Shown here: positions 38,370 through 52,374 of the stretch, in pieces
Numbering within the stretch: the first letter of the stretch is position 1
How the letters are laid out: each line of letters starts with the position of its first letter
Assembly (NCBI RefSeq): GCF_006345805.1
Contig: NC_043008.1
Span: 65,596,001 to 65,660,000, forward strand
DNA: 64,000 nucleotides
Direction: 5' to 3'
From: Octopus sinensis
Lineage: Eukaryota
The notes under the pieces: generated by a model
Databases searched by the model: none
The model's input: only the letters and a program-made list of their open reading frames with translations
Told to the model about the DNA's origin: nothing
Made by a program: the position numbers and the translations under genes

Positions 38370-38433
<64 letters not shown>

Positions 38434-38678
38434 GGACACCGGGGACGTTTAAGAGAGGACACCGGGGACGTTTAAGATGTAAGAAGGAACATACAGAGCT
38501 CCGAAATCTATCCACAAACATCGAAAACAAGGACACCCTATGGAGCCAAAGATTTACTAACAAAGAATTGGACTATATCCGAGTAAGTAATACGAATTGA
38601 AATTTATTACTATTTTCGAAACGAAATGATGTATTTTGACTCGATATTATCTCCACCTCTAACACAACACATGTAAAC

Positions 38679-39881
38679 ATGCGTGGAACAACACGATCAT
38701 CCCCGACCTCAAACACCATGTACAAAGGAACTACGAAGAAATTAAATGCCACCGATACTATTCAACCCAAGAATAACAATCGAGCGGTACGTACATTAAA
38801 CCTACAACAAAAAATGTACGAAAAACTACACGTGCGAAATAATGTGACAACAGAAATAAACGGACCGGTACCCTACGAAAATGACGACCGTCAAAATAAT
38901 GGGCCGGACGTTGTACCTCATGTCCCGCAATTAAAACCCAAAAGACGTAAATGGACACGTGAGGAATACATTTCTATCTTACACGCATACTTCACAGCAA
39001 TGCTCTACCCACAAAATGAAAATACAACAACACATACATATAAAATATGGAAGGAAAATAATAGAGATATAGACTTGGATACAGCAATGAACCCTAATAA
39101 ATTAGCTAACGTACGAAGATACATTCTCAAAGCCAAAAAAATATCAGAAATAGAAATAGAACATTTAAAAGAAAAAATACACCAGGAAAATGTAGATAGA
39201 AGCGACACAACAATGCCCAATAATATAAACACTGAAACTGTAAAACACGAAGACAAACGCAACATTCCCAACAAACACGATGTAAACAACGAAGGGGAGC
39301 CTAATGATTATGATCATATAAAAAATAAAATAATCAAAGAACTAAAAACCACAGAGCTCAAAATGGACCACCGACCATACCTCCCAAGAATAAAAATAAA
39401 CGCAATAACAACACCAATTATAAACAACATAAACCTAGCCGTCACTGAACTAGCCACTGAAACAAAAAAAAGTGATATCACTGAACTAAATGACCTGATA
39501 TACGCAGCAGCCACTGCAGCCACTAAAGAAGCTGGATACTCACCCAAACCCGCCCAAACAGGAGTACCACCACCCAAACAAACCCTGTGGATAAATAACA
39601 TCCAAAACAAAATAAAAAGAATTAGAAAAGACCTGTCGATTCTTAATGAAATCAGCAAACAAGCAACGCTACTGAGCAACAAAAAGAGAACAAAAATGCT
39701 CCGCAAATATAACATCACAGAAAAAGATTTGCCGGAGGTAAAAGAAAAGCTGAAGCAAGATATCCTTGCCAAAGCTCAAAGGATCCGCCGGTACGAGAAA
39801 CGCCAACGCTTCTTTGAACAGAACAAAAAGTTCAACTCCGACCCCAAAAAGTTCTACCAAGAACTGGGCAAAATAAAATAG
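38679..39881 (+). pseudogene. R4/Dong ORF N-terminal region
   Basis: 400 aa ORF with RRKWTREE, LNDLIYAAA, LAKAQRIRRYEKRQRFFEQNKKFNSDPKKFY; 1-nt frameshift into the next piece. Confidence 0.85.
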
Positions 39882-39910
39882 AAGTCACTGCAGCACCAAC
39901 GGCAGAAGAA

Positions 39911-41587
39911 TTGGAAGAATTCTGGAAAGAAATATGGTCGGCGAACGAACAGCCAAAAAAAAGGAGTATGAAAATAACAAACTCGGCATCTGAACAACTT
40001 TGGACCCCCATAACAACTGAAGAGGTCACCCAGGCACTGCAAAAACTAAGCAACTGGAAGGCACCTGGGCATGACAAGATCCCCAACTTCTGGTTGAAAT
40101 ATCTAACAGGAATGCACAAAAAGCTGGCTGAAAACTTTAACAGCATACTAGCAGAGCCAGAGACAATGCCTGAATGGCTCACGAAGGGGAAAACCATCTT
40201 AATTCCCAAATCAAATGAAACAACAAAACCAGAAAACTACAGACCAATAACCTGCCTCCCTACTATGTTCAAGGCATTTACTGCAGTGATATCGCAAAGG
40301 CTGAACAAGCACCTGGACGAAAACAAACTGTTCCCAGAAGAGCAGAAAGGATGCCGCAAGGGCTCATATGGCTGTAAAGATCAACTAATGATTAATAAAG
40401 CCGTAACTGAAGACAGCCACAGAAAGAAGAAGGGTCTCAGTATGGCCTGGATTGACTACAAAAAGGCGTTTGATAGCATCCCCCACACATGGATCCTCGA
40501 AACACTAGCCATTAACAAAGTAGCACCAACAATCATAAAATTCATAGAGCACTCTATGAATAAATGGCAAACAGTCCTACACCTCCAAACAAAAGAGGGA
40601 CTCATGAAAACCAAAGACATCCCCATTAGAAGAGGAATATTCCAGGGAGACACGCTCTCTCCACTCCTTTTCTGCTTGGCACTGTCACCTCTATCTGATA
40701 TGCTAAATAGAACTGGATGCGGATATAAATGTTACGGCAAAACGATCAGCCACCTTTTATATATGGATGACCTAAAACTATACGCTGCAAATGACAAACA
40801 GCTGGAAACACTATTAAAGACAGTTCATGGATTTACCAAAGAAATAGATATGAAATTTGGATTAGAAAAATGCGCCAAAGTAACCATGAAAAGAGGAAAA
40901 CTAGTTAAGAGTAACAACATCACACTAGATAAAACCAATGAAATAAAAGAATTAGACCAAAGCCAAACTTACAAATACTTAGGAATCCATGAACTAGATA
41001 AGACACAACACACACAAATGAAAGAGAAAATAAAAAAAGAATATTATAGACGAGTTAGATCAATACTAAAAACAGAGCTCAATGCTAAAAACAAGATAAT
41101 AGGTATCAACACTTTAGTTATAAGTTACAGCTACAATATCCTTAACTGGACACGAAATGAACTGTCCAAAATAGATAGGAAAACAAGAAAAATACTGACA
41201 GGATCTAGGATGCATCACCCAAAATCTGACATAGAAAGACTATATATACAACGTATAGAAGGTGGTAGAGGCCTTATACAGCTGGAAAACTACTATAAAA
41301 TAACCACCATAGGACTGCAAAAATACCTACTTCAGAAGGAAGGAAAACTGATCCAGATAGCAGCAAAACACGAGCAAAACAAAAAACTGTTCTCAGTATT
41401 TAAGGAAGCTGACAAATACAAACAAGAAATCATACCACCTAATAAACACAAAGAAGAAGAAGAAGAGGATGAAGAAACAACAAAAGCTATAAAACAAATG
41501 AAATCCAAACTAAAAATAGAACAGCAACGAGCCATGATAAAACGATGGCAAGAAAACCCCTTCATGGTAAATACTGCACTAAACTAA
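39911..41587 (+). pseudogene. R4/Dong reverse transcriptase domain
   Basis: KAPGHDKI, YRPITCLPT, EQKGC, WIDYKKAFDS, RGIFQGDTLSPLLF, HLLYMDDLKLY, FGLEKC, YKYLG, HPKSDIERLY..GGRGL. Confidence 0.93.
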
Positions 41588-41599
41588 ACGCAAAAGAAA

Positions 41600-42300
41600 T
41601 AGACAAAGAAAAATCCCAGCAATGGTTGAGAAGCTCAGGACTCAAAGCAGAAACAGAGGGATTTTTAATTGCAGCATAAGACCAAAGCCTCCCCACCAGA
41701 AATTACCAAAAACATGTAATGAAAAGAAATATTACAAGTAACTGCAGAATATTTGGAGATGGACAAGAAACAATAAATCATATTATCTCTAGCTGCCCAG
41801 TCCTGGCTAAGAAGGAATATATTCACAGACATGACAGAGTTGGAACCTACATACATTGGAAGCTATGCCAACATTATGGAATAACAACAGAAAAAAGATG
41901 GTATAGGCACACACCAGAAAAGGTCACAGAAAACGGGAAGGCAACCATACTCTGGGATATGCCGATACACACAGATAGAGAAATTAAGGCCAACAGACCA
42001 GATATAGTTGTCAGAGATCATGAAGAAAAAAAATGCTTTCTAATTGATGTATCAATACCGGCAGATGACAACGTGTCTCTAAAAGAAATGGAGAAACTCT
42101 CAAAATACAAAGACCTGGACATAGAGGTAACTAATATGGAACCTGAAAACAGAAACAATTCCTATCATAGTAGGTGCATTAGGCATGATAAAAAAATATT
42201 CAGACAAATACATAACAAAAACACCAGGACTTACAAACACATATAACATACAGAAAATTGCACTACTAGGCACTGCACACATCCTACGCAGAACACTTTC
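41600..42300 (+). pseudogene. R4/Dong CCHC zinc knuckle and restriction-like endonuclease
   Basis: CRIFG..ETINHIISSC, RHDRV, ILWD..RPDIVV..LIDVSIP..KE.EK..KYKDL. Confidence 0.9.
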
Positions 42301-42426
42301 CATACAATAACCATCAGAGCATCACAACAAATCACAGCACATACCCAAGGCACACAGAGCTGCGCTCGGTAGTGAAGTGAAAGCACGCTATAAAAATAAA
42401 AATAAAACTACTGAATAATAATAATA

Positions 42427-42461
<35 letters not shown>

Positions 42462-42528
42462 AATAATAATAATAGTAAAAATAATAATGATAATAATGAT
42501 GATGATGATGATAATGATTATGATGATG

Positions 42529-42628
<100 letters not shown>

Positions 42629-42629
42629 T

Positions 42630-43172
42630 GCCCTGATGGCCGTGGCTCTCGTGTCTTCTGATCTTAACTGATTGGAAGTGTTATCATGTACATTGTTTTG
42701 TTTTGGTATAAAAGATGGGCTACAGCAAATATTCTGCTGAATACCACAGATTTGCTTGTCAGTTGTTTGACCTTAACCAGTTGACCATGTTCCTTAGTGG
42801 CTGACGATATGTGCATCTCTGATCATGAGCAGAAGTAGTGGGGGAGCATCATAGCCATGTATTCAGAGGGATTCTTTGGGTTTGAATAATTCACCTCTAG
42901 AAACATAGGTGTTTCGTTCACCATTCTTAAACAGGGACCTTTTGAGCGGGATGGGCTACTCGACCAGAAGAAAATTCTAACTGGGCCCCACCTGTAAGGT
43001 CATGTGCTGTTTATCTTGATATGAGATCATCACGTCGTGCACATATGGTTGTGATGCATGTTCCTAGTGTACCCTTATCAGACAGGTAGTCATGATGGGT
43101 ATACGGGTCTTCGTATATTTTACCGCAGTGTCACTCTGATGGCATGCACTGCTCTCTCACTCAGTAATAATC

Positions 43173-43226
<54 letters not shown>

Positions 43227-43552
43227 TAATATTGAATAATTCACCTCTGGAAACATGGGTGGTTCTTTCAACATCCTTAAACAACCCTTATTCAGGGACC
43301 TGTTGAGCGGGATGGGCTACTCAACCTGAAGAAATGTCTAACTGGGCCCCACCTGCAAGGTCATGTGCTGTTTATCTTGATATGAGATCACCATGTCGCG
43401 CACATATGGTTGTGATGCATGTGCCTCGTGTACGACTTATCAGACGTGTAGTCATGATGGGTATATTGGGCTTCGTATATTTTACCGCAGTGTCACTCTG
43501 ATGGCATGCACTGCTCTGTCACTCAGTAATAATCATAATAATAATAATAATA

Positions 43553-43593
<41 letters not shown>

Positions 43594-43886
43594 TTGAATA
43601 ATTCACCTCTGGAAACATGGGTGGTTCTTTCAACATCCTTAAACAACCCTTATTCAGGGACCTGTTGAGCGGGATGGGCTACTCAACCTGAAGAAATGTC
43701 TAACTGGGCCCCACCTGCAAGGTCATGTGCTGTTTATCTTGATATGAGATCACCATGTCGCGCACATATGGTTGTGATGCATGTGCCTCGTGTACGACTT
43801 ATCAGACGTGTAGTCATGATGGGTATATTGGGCTTCGTATATTTTACCCCAGTGTCACTTTGATGGCATGAACTGCTCTCTCACTC
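42630..43886. repeat. unclassified non-coding repeat in three tandem (TAA)n-separated units (42630-43162, 43231-43524, 43593-43886)
   Basis: Units 2 and 3 are near-identical with a 362 bp period; all units end CAGTGTCACT.TGATGGCATG.ACTGCTCT.TCACTC followed by (TAA)n. Confidence 0.85.
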
Positions 43887-43887
43887 A

Positions 43888-43975
<88 letters not shown>

Positions 43976-44002
43976 ATGATGATGATGATGATGATGATAA
44001 TG

Positions 44003-44061
<59 letters not shown>

Positions 44062-44069
44062 TAATAATA

Positions 44070-44640
44070 ATGAAAGGCAAATGTAAAAGTGTTTGAACAA
44101 TCGGCTGATAGGTGGGAACAAAAACACCTGCATGGAAAATATGTGGTCTGTATCAAACAAACTGGTAGACCAGGAGTACACCCACCAGTGACTAGGGAGC
44201 TAAGGAATAAAAGGCAGCAGGCGAAGGCTTGATGTTAGCTGCCTAAGATCAGAGCTTATTATCAGAGCATTATAAGATCAAAACTGCCGAAAGATGGTAC
44301 GAGTACCACCCTGAAGCTGTAACTGAATGAGAAAATGTATTGGTGTTTTGGGACTTTCTAGTACATACAGACCAGAACATCAAAGCTAATAAACTAGATA
44401 TTGTTGTGAAAGACCTAAACAATAATACTTGTTTATCGATTGACATGAGCATACCTTGTGATCATAATATCTTGGCAAAATAATTTGATGAGCTCAGAAA
44501 GTATAAAGATTTGCTGATTGAAACCAAAAGAAATAAATGTGACATCTCAAGACGGTTACAATTCCAATAATTGTTGGAGCACTTGGAATGATCAAAACAA
44601 GAAATCAAAATTATTTGTGACAGGTAATTGTACAGAAGAA
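44070..44640 (+). mobile_element. old R4/Dong-clade 3' fragment
   Basis: HHPEAV, WDF..TD..IKANKLDIVVKD..CLSIDMSIP, KYKDL, PIIVGALGMIK; follows (TAA)n. Confidence 0.75.
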
Positions 44641-46020
44641 CAGTGTATATGTATAAGAAAACTCTAAACTAAATACGCTCTTCCGACATGCCCTAAGCCA
44701 GCAACGCTGATACAACAAACATGAGTTATCTCCAATAACACAGATTTACAATATGGAGGCAAATCTATCATGTTAGTTTGCATTCTGCCGCTGATGAAGA
44801 TAGCTGGAAATGGTGACAATGCACATATACAGTTAGTCATATGCACACAAGCTGATATATGTTTGTATGTATTCTATGAATGTTGCGTGTGTGTATCATT
44901 CAGTTATGTGTTAGGAAATGTTTGCGAGGGAATACATATGGGTTTGACTTGTTTCCAGAAGCTGGCCAGTTATTAGTCTGTAACTAATTACATTATTTAT
45001 TAATAAGCGTAAAATAAAGCAATATAGAATAGATTGAATTCAGCACCTTGTGACATACCTTCTCAGTATGTTACGAAGTGCTCAATTCAGTCTATCGTAT
45101 TACAATATAGTTATAAGCGTAAATAAACCGTTGCGTAGTTCTCAACGAATTGACTTTACAAGCTACAGCGTAATATGTAGAAAGACAAAATGGGAGGGTT
45201 ATAATGCGAAAACTTCAATTTGTACTTCGGTTACTAGCTGCTTCTGATTTAGAAACACTATTTGTATATGCTGTATTTTTTCCGTAATCATTTCTGTTGC
45301 TTTTCTTATGTGCATTACCACAGACAGCTAGGTGGCCATATTCGCAGTCATGTGATCCGTCGGCTGGTCACTGTGTTAATAAATGAGCTGAGGCAATAGA
45401 TAATATAGGAAAAAGGAAAAGAGAAAGCACAAAAACAAAATGGAAAAGAATAAAGAGTAAAAGAAAAAAAACGGAAAACAAGATATTTTTTTAAAAAATG
45501 GTTTGTAACTTTACTTAATGCGAAAATAACTTAGTTATTGCATATCACAGAAATAACAGATACAGCAAAATAACACTACCGCATACAACAAGAGTATCAT
45601 CAACAACAACAACAGCAGCAATAAAAAGGACAGTATCAGCTACAAAAACACTTCTTTCTAAGAAATGTTGAGCATATGCTGTGGAATTTCACTCTCAGAT
45701 GTAATTTCACAAGTCAGATAATATATATTTCTAATAACATTTATCACAGACAAGCAAGAACATACTAAGCAAAATATTGGCAGAAAAAATAAAGGAAAGG
45801 AAAAAAAAATCAAAGAATTTCCAAACACCACAAAAGTCTGATTTCTGTTGATGGAACAGACAAATGCGAAAAATTATTCTTCCCTTACCAAGACTCTAGT
45901 AGAATCATTCTATTTGGAATTTTAGATATTTTTTCCGTTAACACTACACAAACACCTTTCGAATTTTGCTTTCACTAATGTGTTTCTGATAGTATTCACA
46001 TATTATTATTGATGCTGTTG

Positions 46021-46432
46021 TTAAGCGGCGAAGTACTGAATCGATGATGTGTCTAACAAAATGCTTTGTGGCATTTTTTTTAGGTTCTGAGTTCAAATTA
46101 CGCAGACGACGGCTTTGTCTTTCATCTCTTTCGCACTTGATAAGATAAGTATCAAACAAGTCTTGGTTTCCGGGTGAACAACTTACTCGTTATCAAAACT
46201 GCTGGCCTCGTGTCACCATCAGTGGCACGAGGCCAGCAATCGTCAACGCATAAGAGAAAATGCTTGGTGGAGTTTCTTCCGGTTCTTTATGTTCTGAGCA
46301 CAAATTCCGCCGAGATAGAATTTACTCATCATTCTTTCGGAGTCGATAAAATAAGTTCCAGTATGGTAGATGAAATAGACTAATTTTTTCCCTTGAAACC
46401 TCCTGGCTTTGTGCCAAAATTAGAAAGAAATA
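46021..46432 (+). mobile_element. two old SINE family B copies (46021-46152, 46222-46432)
   Basis: GTTCTGAGTTCAAATT and TTCGGAGTCGATAAAATAAG remnants. Confidence 0.6.
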
Positions 46433-47183
46433 TTGTTTTTCTTGAGAGAGGTAGTTAGGATGGTATCTTTAGTACTAGATAACACCTGTTAGCCTATGGT
46501 CATAAAGATTTCATCCATAACAAGTACATATTTTTGAAACATAGCATACCTGATAACTTTCTCCTGTTACTTTTGACAATGAAACATTCACAAGTATTTC
46601 GGTCACATTCACTGTAGCTAGAACATTATTAGAAAATATTATTGTGAGAGCATGTTGGGTGCGCAATGAGAAACCAGATGAAGGGTCATTTCCATTCAGA
46701 AAATATTTACCAGACCAAAGAAGAAACAATGATGAAAACAGAAAGAGTAAAAAGGTACGAGTGAAAGAAACCAGAACGAATAATTGCAAGAAAGCCGTTC
46801 TATTCAAAGCAAAAAAAAACCGAAATAATACAAATGATTGTAAACAGTGAAAAAATCTGGTTTTGTTGATAGGACAGACAATTGAAACATTACAGATCAC
46901 TTTGGCTTGACAAGTAAAATAAAGTTATCATGAAGCTGAGTATAATTTGAATTACAAGACTGGAAGGATTTCAATCAAAAGACTGACTCGGACGTCATTT
47001 GGCAGACATTGATTGTGTATGAAGATTATCCTTTCGAAACGAATACTTTCTCGGTAATCCAGCCATCTTACTGATTGATTACACACGAACGAAGATTCCA
47101 AGTCTCAATTTTCCTGTAAGTACAATATATACATACACACATATATACATATGTGTGTCTGTGGTCGTATATGCATGTATATG

Positions 47184-47229
<46 letters not shown>

Positions 47230-47257
47230 TATATGTGTGTGTGTGTGTGTGTATATA

Positions 47258-47311
<54 letters not shown>

Positions 47312-47864
47312 ATATATATATATATATATAATATATATATATATATATAATATATATATTTATATATATAATATATATACATATATATATGTATACACAC
47401 ACCTTGGGTATGAATGTAAGTTTTATGTGTGTGTGTGTGCACGAGCCCGTGTGCTGATTCTGAAAGAGATCATATGATTACTTAGCTATATCATGGTCGA
47501 CTAGGCTTCCCGTCAACAACTGAACTGACACAAACATACGTAACCTGTCTCCTCTCTCTATCGCTCCCTCTCACTCTCATTCTATCAATTCATTTGTTCC
47601 TTTCTCGGTCTCTTTCTGGCTCTTCCTCTCTTTTACTTATTCTCTCTCTCCCTCTGAATCTCAGAGGTATACACAACTCTCATCTTAAGAAATTTGGTTA
47701 TAGTCTAATCTTTGGCTGCACCTTCATATAAACTAAAATATTCGAGCATTGACTTCTCGCTGTGTACACCATGCATACATACACAGTTATAGAGGTGTAC
47801 CCAAACATGTTGTTTATGTATGTATGTATGAATGCATGCATGCATTTATGCATGTATCGATAAC

Positions 47865-47946
47865 TGGATAGAAGGCAGATAGACAGACAGACAGACAGAC
47901 AGGCAGACAGATAGGCAAGCAGGCAGGCAGACAGACAGATATATAA

Positions 47947-48008
<62 letters not shown>

Positions 48009-48050
48009 CGATAGATAGGCAAGCAGCTTGGTAGGTAGGTAGATAGATAA

Positions 48051-48111
<61 letters not shown>

Positions 48112-48115
48112 ATAG

Positions 48116-48170
<55 letters not shown>

Positions 48171-48191
48171 ACAGACAGACAGACAGACAGA

Positions 48192-48232
<41 letters not shown>

Positions 48233-48234
48233 GC

Positions 48235-48282
<48 letters not shown>

Positions 48283-48290
48283 TGATAGAT
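47865..48290. repeat. (GATA)n/(GACA)n microsatellite
   Basis: Direct reading; similar tracts at 54830-55045 and 62478-62712. Confidence 0.95.
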
Positions 48291-48558
48291 TAATTTTCTA
48301 TGGAAAAAAACCTGCTTTACCTTTCTTTTATATTCGGAACAATTGTTTTTACAGTTGGATGCCTAGTCTGATACTAACTATTGAAACGTGAGGCCAAAGC
48401 AGCTCCTGTTTATGTACTATGAACAACGAAGTAATATGTGCATGTGCACACACACACACACACAAATATATATATATATTCCCTTCCTGTCATTTCAATA
48501 TATGACCGCGTGTGTATCGTTGGCGATCTTCTTCGTATTCTATATGTATGTGTGTGTT

Positions 48559-48590
<32 letters not shown>

Positions 48591-48592
<2 letters not shown>

Positions 48593-48727
48593 ACGGCCTT
48601 CTTTCAGTTTCTGTCAAATAAATCCACCCAGAAGGCTTTGGTCGGCCCGAGGCTATAGTAGAAGACACTTGCAAAATGTGCCACACAATGGGACTGAATC
48701 GGGATCCTGTGCTGGGGAAGCAGGCTT
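48591..48727 (-). mobile_element. SINE family A head only
   Basis: GACGGCCTTCTTTCAGTTTC..GGCCCGAGGCTATAGTAGAAGACACTTG. Confidence 0.75.
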
Positions 48728-48730
48728 CGA

Positions 48731-49541
48731 GAAGAAAATGGAGAAATTGATATACAGACACCAGTTTATTCAAAGATATTCAAATCAATATAATGTGAAA
48801 TTCCTATCCCTACAGCTGTTTCCATATCCAATTGATTCAATTAGAGAAGTTAAATTAAATTAAATTAAAATTTTCAAATTAAAACTGGTTAATAGGGTAT
48901 TTCATCAGGGGAGAATTTCCCAGAAAGTAGTTACATATCAACGTGTTGGTCGAGCCCCTGACACACCCGCATATGAGTGATTTGTTAATGTATATATTTA
49001 AAAAAAAAAACGTTATGACCATGTGCGCGTTTGTGCGCGTCCGTTTGTAACACATAATAGTATATATTGATGGTGGTATTGCATTTAGGGTGAACTAGGT
49101 GTTAGAGAGAGAGAGAGAGAGATTGAGTGAGGGAGATAGGCACGGAGACAGTGATAGGGAAAGAGAGAGGTAATATTCATTGTGCAATTGTGCATGCGTT
49201 TATTAAAATATGGAAGCCAACGAAAGAATATGACGTATAAAAAACTACCAATTAATTATCATACCATAGCATCGTGTCATTTATATTTGTGCGCAATGGT
49301 TATGGTCAATACAACTTTGTAAAGAAAGGAAAACTTAAACGTTACCAAATAGTTGATAAAATTTTTAGATCGGCGTAGGAGTGGCTGTGTGGTAAGTAGC
49401 TCGCTTACGAACCACACGGGTTCAGTCCCACTGCGTGACACTTTGGGCAAGTGTCTTCTTCTATAGCCTCGGTCCGACCAAAGCCTTATGAGGGGATTTG
49501 GTAGACGGAAACTAAAAGAAGCCCGTCGTATATATATAATA

Positions 49542-49581
<40 letters not shown>

Positions 49582-49597
49582 ATATATATATATATAT

Positions 49598-49647
<50 letters not shown>

Positions 49648-51527
49648 TGTATGTAGTATGTATGTATGTATGTATGCATGCGTATATGTTTGTGTGTCTG
49701 TGTTTGTTCCCCCAACATCGCTTGACAACCAATGCTGGTGTGTTTACGTCCCCGTACTTAGCAGTTCGGCAAAAGATACCGATAGATTAATTACTAGGCT
49801 TACAAAGAATAAGTCTTGGAGTCGATTTGCTCGACTAAATGCGGTGCTCCAGCATGGCCACAGTCAAATGACTGAAACAAGTAAAAGACTAAAGAGTATA
49901 TAAACTAAAATGACAATCCACCTGTACTATAATATCAATATGTTTTACCTCTAACTTAGTTCCATAATTATATGACAAAATATCAACGTCATATTCATGA
50001 GAAACGTGCTTAATTAAATTTGTAGCAAACCGCAATGATACTCTTACCTGTGGAGACAAACTTAATGTACAACTTTACTATTTAATTAATATTTTTATAT
50101 CTTTATTATATCCACTAAGCGTTCTTTAATGCTTATAATTGCGGATGATAGTGTAATAAAACGTGAAGTATCAACTGATTCAAGTTTCAAATAGTTTTAA
50201 CATATAATTAATTATTTATAATATATCTCAAAAACTACCATTAAATATATTATTATCATAAATAGATTAATTATATATTAAAGTTACTAGTACTTTGACT
50301 CGGTCGGTATTTCATGTTTAGTACATTAACATCTATAATTATAAGAAATTAAGAACTCTTTGTAGATATTATATATAAAATATTATATCAAAATATTAAT
50401 ATTCAGATATCTATATTTCATCTTATATTCCAGAAAAGGGACTGGTTTTCCGTGTATTGACGCATGTTTATGGATGTTCAAAAAACTACCATCGAATATA
50501 TATTTTTATAAATAATTAATTATATGTTAAAACTACTTGAAATTTGAATCTGCTGATACTTCACGTTTCATTAAACTAGCATCCGCAATTATAAGCAATA
50601 TAGAATGCTTAGTAGATATAATAAAGATATAAGAATATTAATTAAATGTTAAAGTTGTATATTAAGTTTTCACAGGTAACCGTATCATTATCGTTTGCTC
50701 TAAATATAATTAAGCACGTTTCTCATGAACATGTCGTTGATATTTTATAATATAATTATTAAACTAAGTTAGAGGTAAAATATATTAATATTATAGTACT
50801 TGTAGTTCAAGGCATTTTAGTTTTTATATACAATTTTTATCAGCTATTTGGTAACGTTTAAGTTTTCCTTTCTTTACAAAGCTGTATTGACCATAACTAT
50901 TGCGCACAAATATGGCTGACGAGATACTATGATATGATAAGTAATTGGTAGTTTTTGATGCGTCATATTTTTTGTTGGCTTCCATATTTTAATCAACGCA
51001 TGCACAATTACATAATGAATATACCGCTCTCTCTCCCTCACATTCTCACTCTCTGTCTCTCTCTCTCGCTGCCTATCTCTCTCTCTTTCAATCTCTCATA
51101 CACACACGCTCTCTCAATCTCTCTCTATCTCCCTCTCTTTCCTTAACACCTAGTTTGCCCTAATTACAACACCACTACTAATAAAAACTATTATGTATTA
51201 TAAACGGATGCCCACAACTATATCATACATATTTGTTTATATGTATATATATATTCATAACGGTTTTTTATATACATACTTCACTCACATTTGAGTGTGT
51301 CAAGGGCTCGATCAACACGTTGGCATGTGGCTCTTTTCTGGGAAATTCTCCCCTGATGAAATAATTAACCAGTTTCAATATGAAAACTTTTAATTCAATT
51401 TAATTTAATTTTTCTAATTGAATCAATTGGATATGGAAACAGCTGTAGGAATAAGAATTTCATATGATATTGATTTGAATATCTTTGAATAAACTAGTGT
51501 ATATATGTAAATTTCTCCATTTTCTTC
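48731..51527. repeat. large degenerate foldback: arms 48731-50226 (SINE-interrupted) and 50497-51527
   Basis: Colinear reverse-complement homology over ~1 kb, roughly 80% identity by eye. Confidence 0.88.
49371..49897 (+). mobile_element. SINE family A, full length, inserted into the left arm of the foldback
   Basis: Complete head, microsatellite and tail; absent from the mirror position (~50825) in the right arm. Confidence 0.9.
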
Positions 51528-51664
51528 TTTTCCTCATTCATAAATATTTTAAATACACATGCCCATCAATTCAAAACTAACGCATGTAGTTTTTCACTGA
51601 ACACTGTTATAAACCGGAGAACTAGGATGCAAAACATCCCTTAAAGGACTATAAGTCCTTGGCA

Positions 51665-51715
<51 letters not shown>

Positions 51716-52374
51716 TTTACTCAGGAATGCGTCACAAAGACGTCTCTAATAGGGAAGATTGAAACTACGGTTTAATCCTCAATCTGATCATCGTTGTGTT
51801 TCTTTTACTTTGCCCTCTTATCGCTTTAATTGCATGAATGTACAAATGTCTTGTCGGAATGAGAGGCAGGTATATGTTACTGAAGCACTCAGAGCATACC
51901 ATAGGTTTCGGTCTGCTGTATTTTTCCACTTTTTATCAAGCAGTGGAGAGCAGTAGCCACAAGATCTTTTTTTGTCATAGTGCATCAAAGGTTAGTAGCA
52001 GGAAGGGAATACATGTTCCTTAATAACTAGATGTAGCCCAAATGATAGAATAAAAAGAATTCCGAAATATTCGTCATAGGTCCATTGGATAGAGACAAAC
52101 CACACAATAAAGACCATCACCTAAGACGTCAGTATAAAACGAAATAGAACAAACACCGCAACAGACCGTTTCTGACACTAAGGATTCCGCAAATCAAGTA
52201 CTTCTGAACAGAAACATTATTTAATTTATTTTTAAAATATGAATTGCGAAACTGACCTAGGTGAACTTTTAACTTAGTGAGCAGAGAGCAAGAGAAAATA
52301 TATTGCAGCAAGTTTCATCATACCGCATCAAAGTGACACTTGATCCAATCTTGATAATGCCATCGTTTCATGTG

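Larger units (their letters stand above)
38433..42413 (+). mobile_element. near full-length R4/Dong-clade non-LTR retrotransposon flanked by (TAA)n on both sides
   Basis: Single long ORF (three frameshifted pieces) with RT, CCHC and REL domains; (TAA)n at 38371-38432 and 42414-42628. Confidence 0.93.

Noticed and set aside
42630-43886. Repeat/spacer periodicity considered as a CRISPR-like array
   Set aside because: Units are hundreds of bp with microsatellite spacers in eukaryotic DNA; no cas genes
45318-45388. Exon-like segment: plus strand TARWPYSQSCDPSAGHCVNK* or minus strand with in-frame TGA
   Set aside because: Plausible splice signals on both strands, mutually inconsistent; cannot be resolved without RNA data
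46551-47056. Candidate exons (minus TVNVTEILVNVSLSKVTGESYQ|GTATGC; plus DWKDFNQK..TFS|GTAATC)
   Set aside because: Opposite strands, no recognisable domain; insufficient support for a gene model
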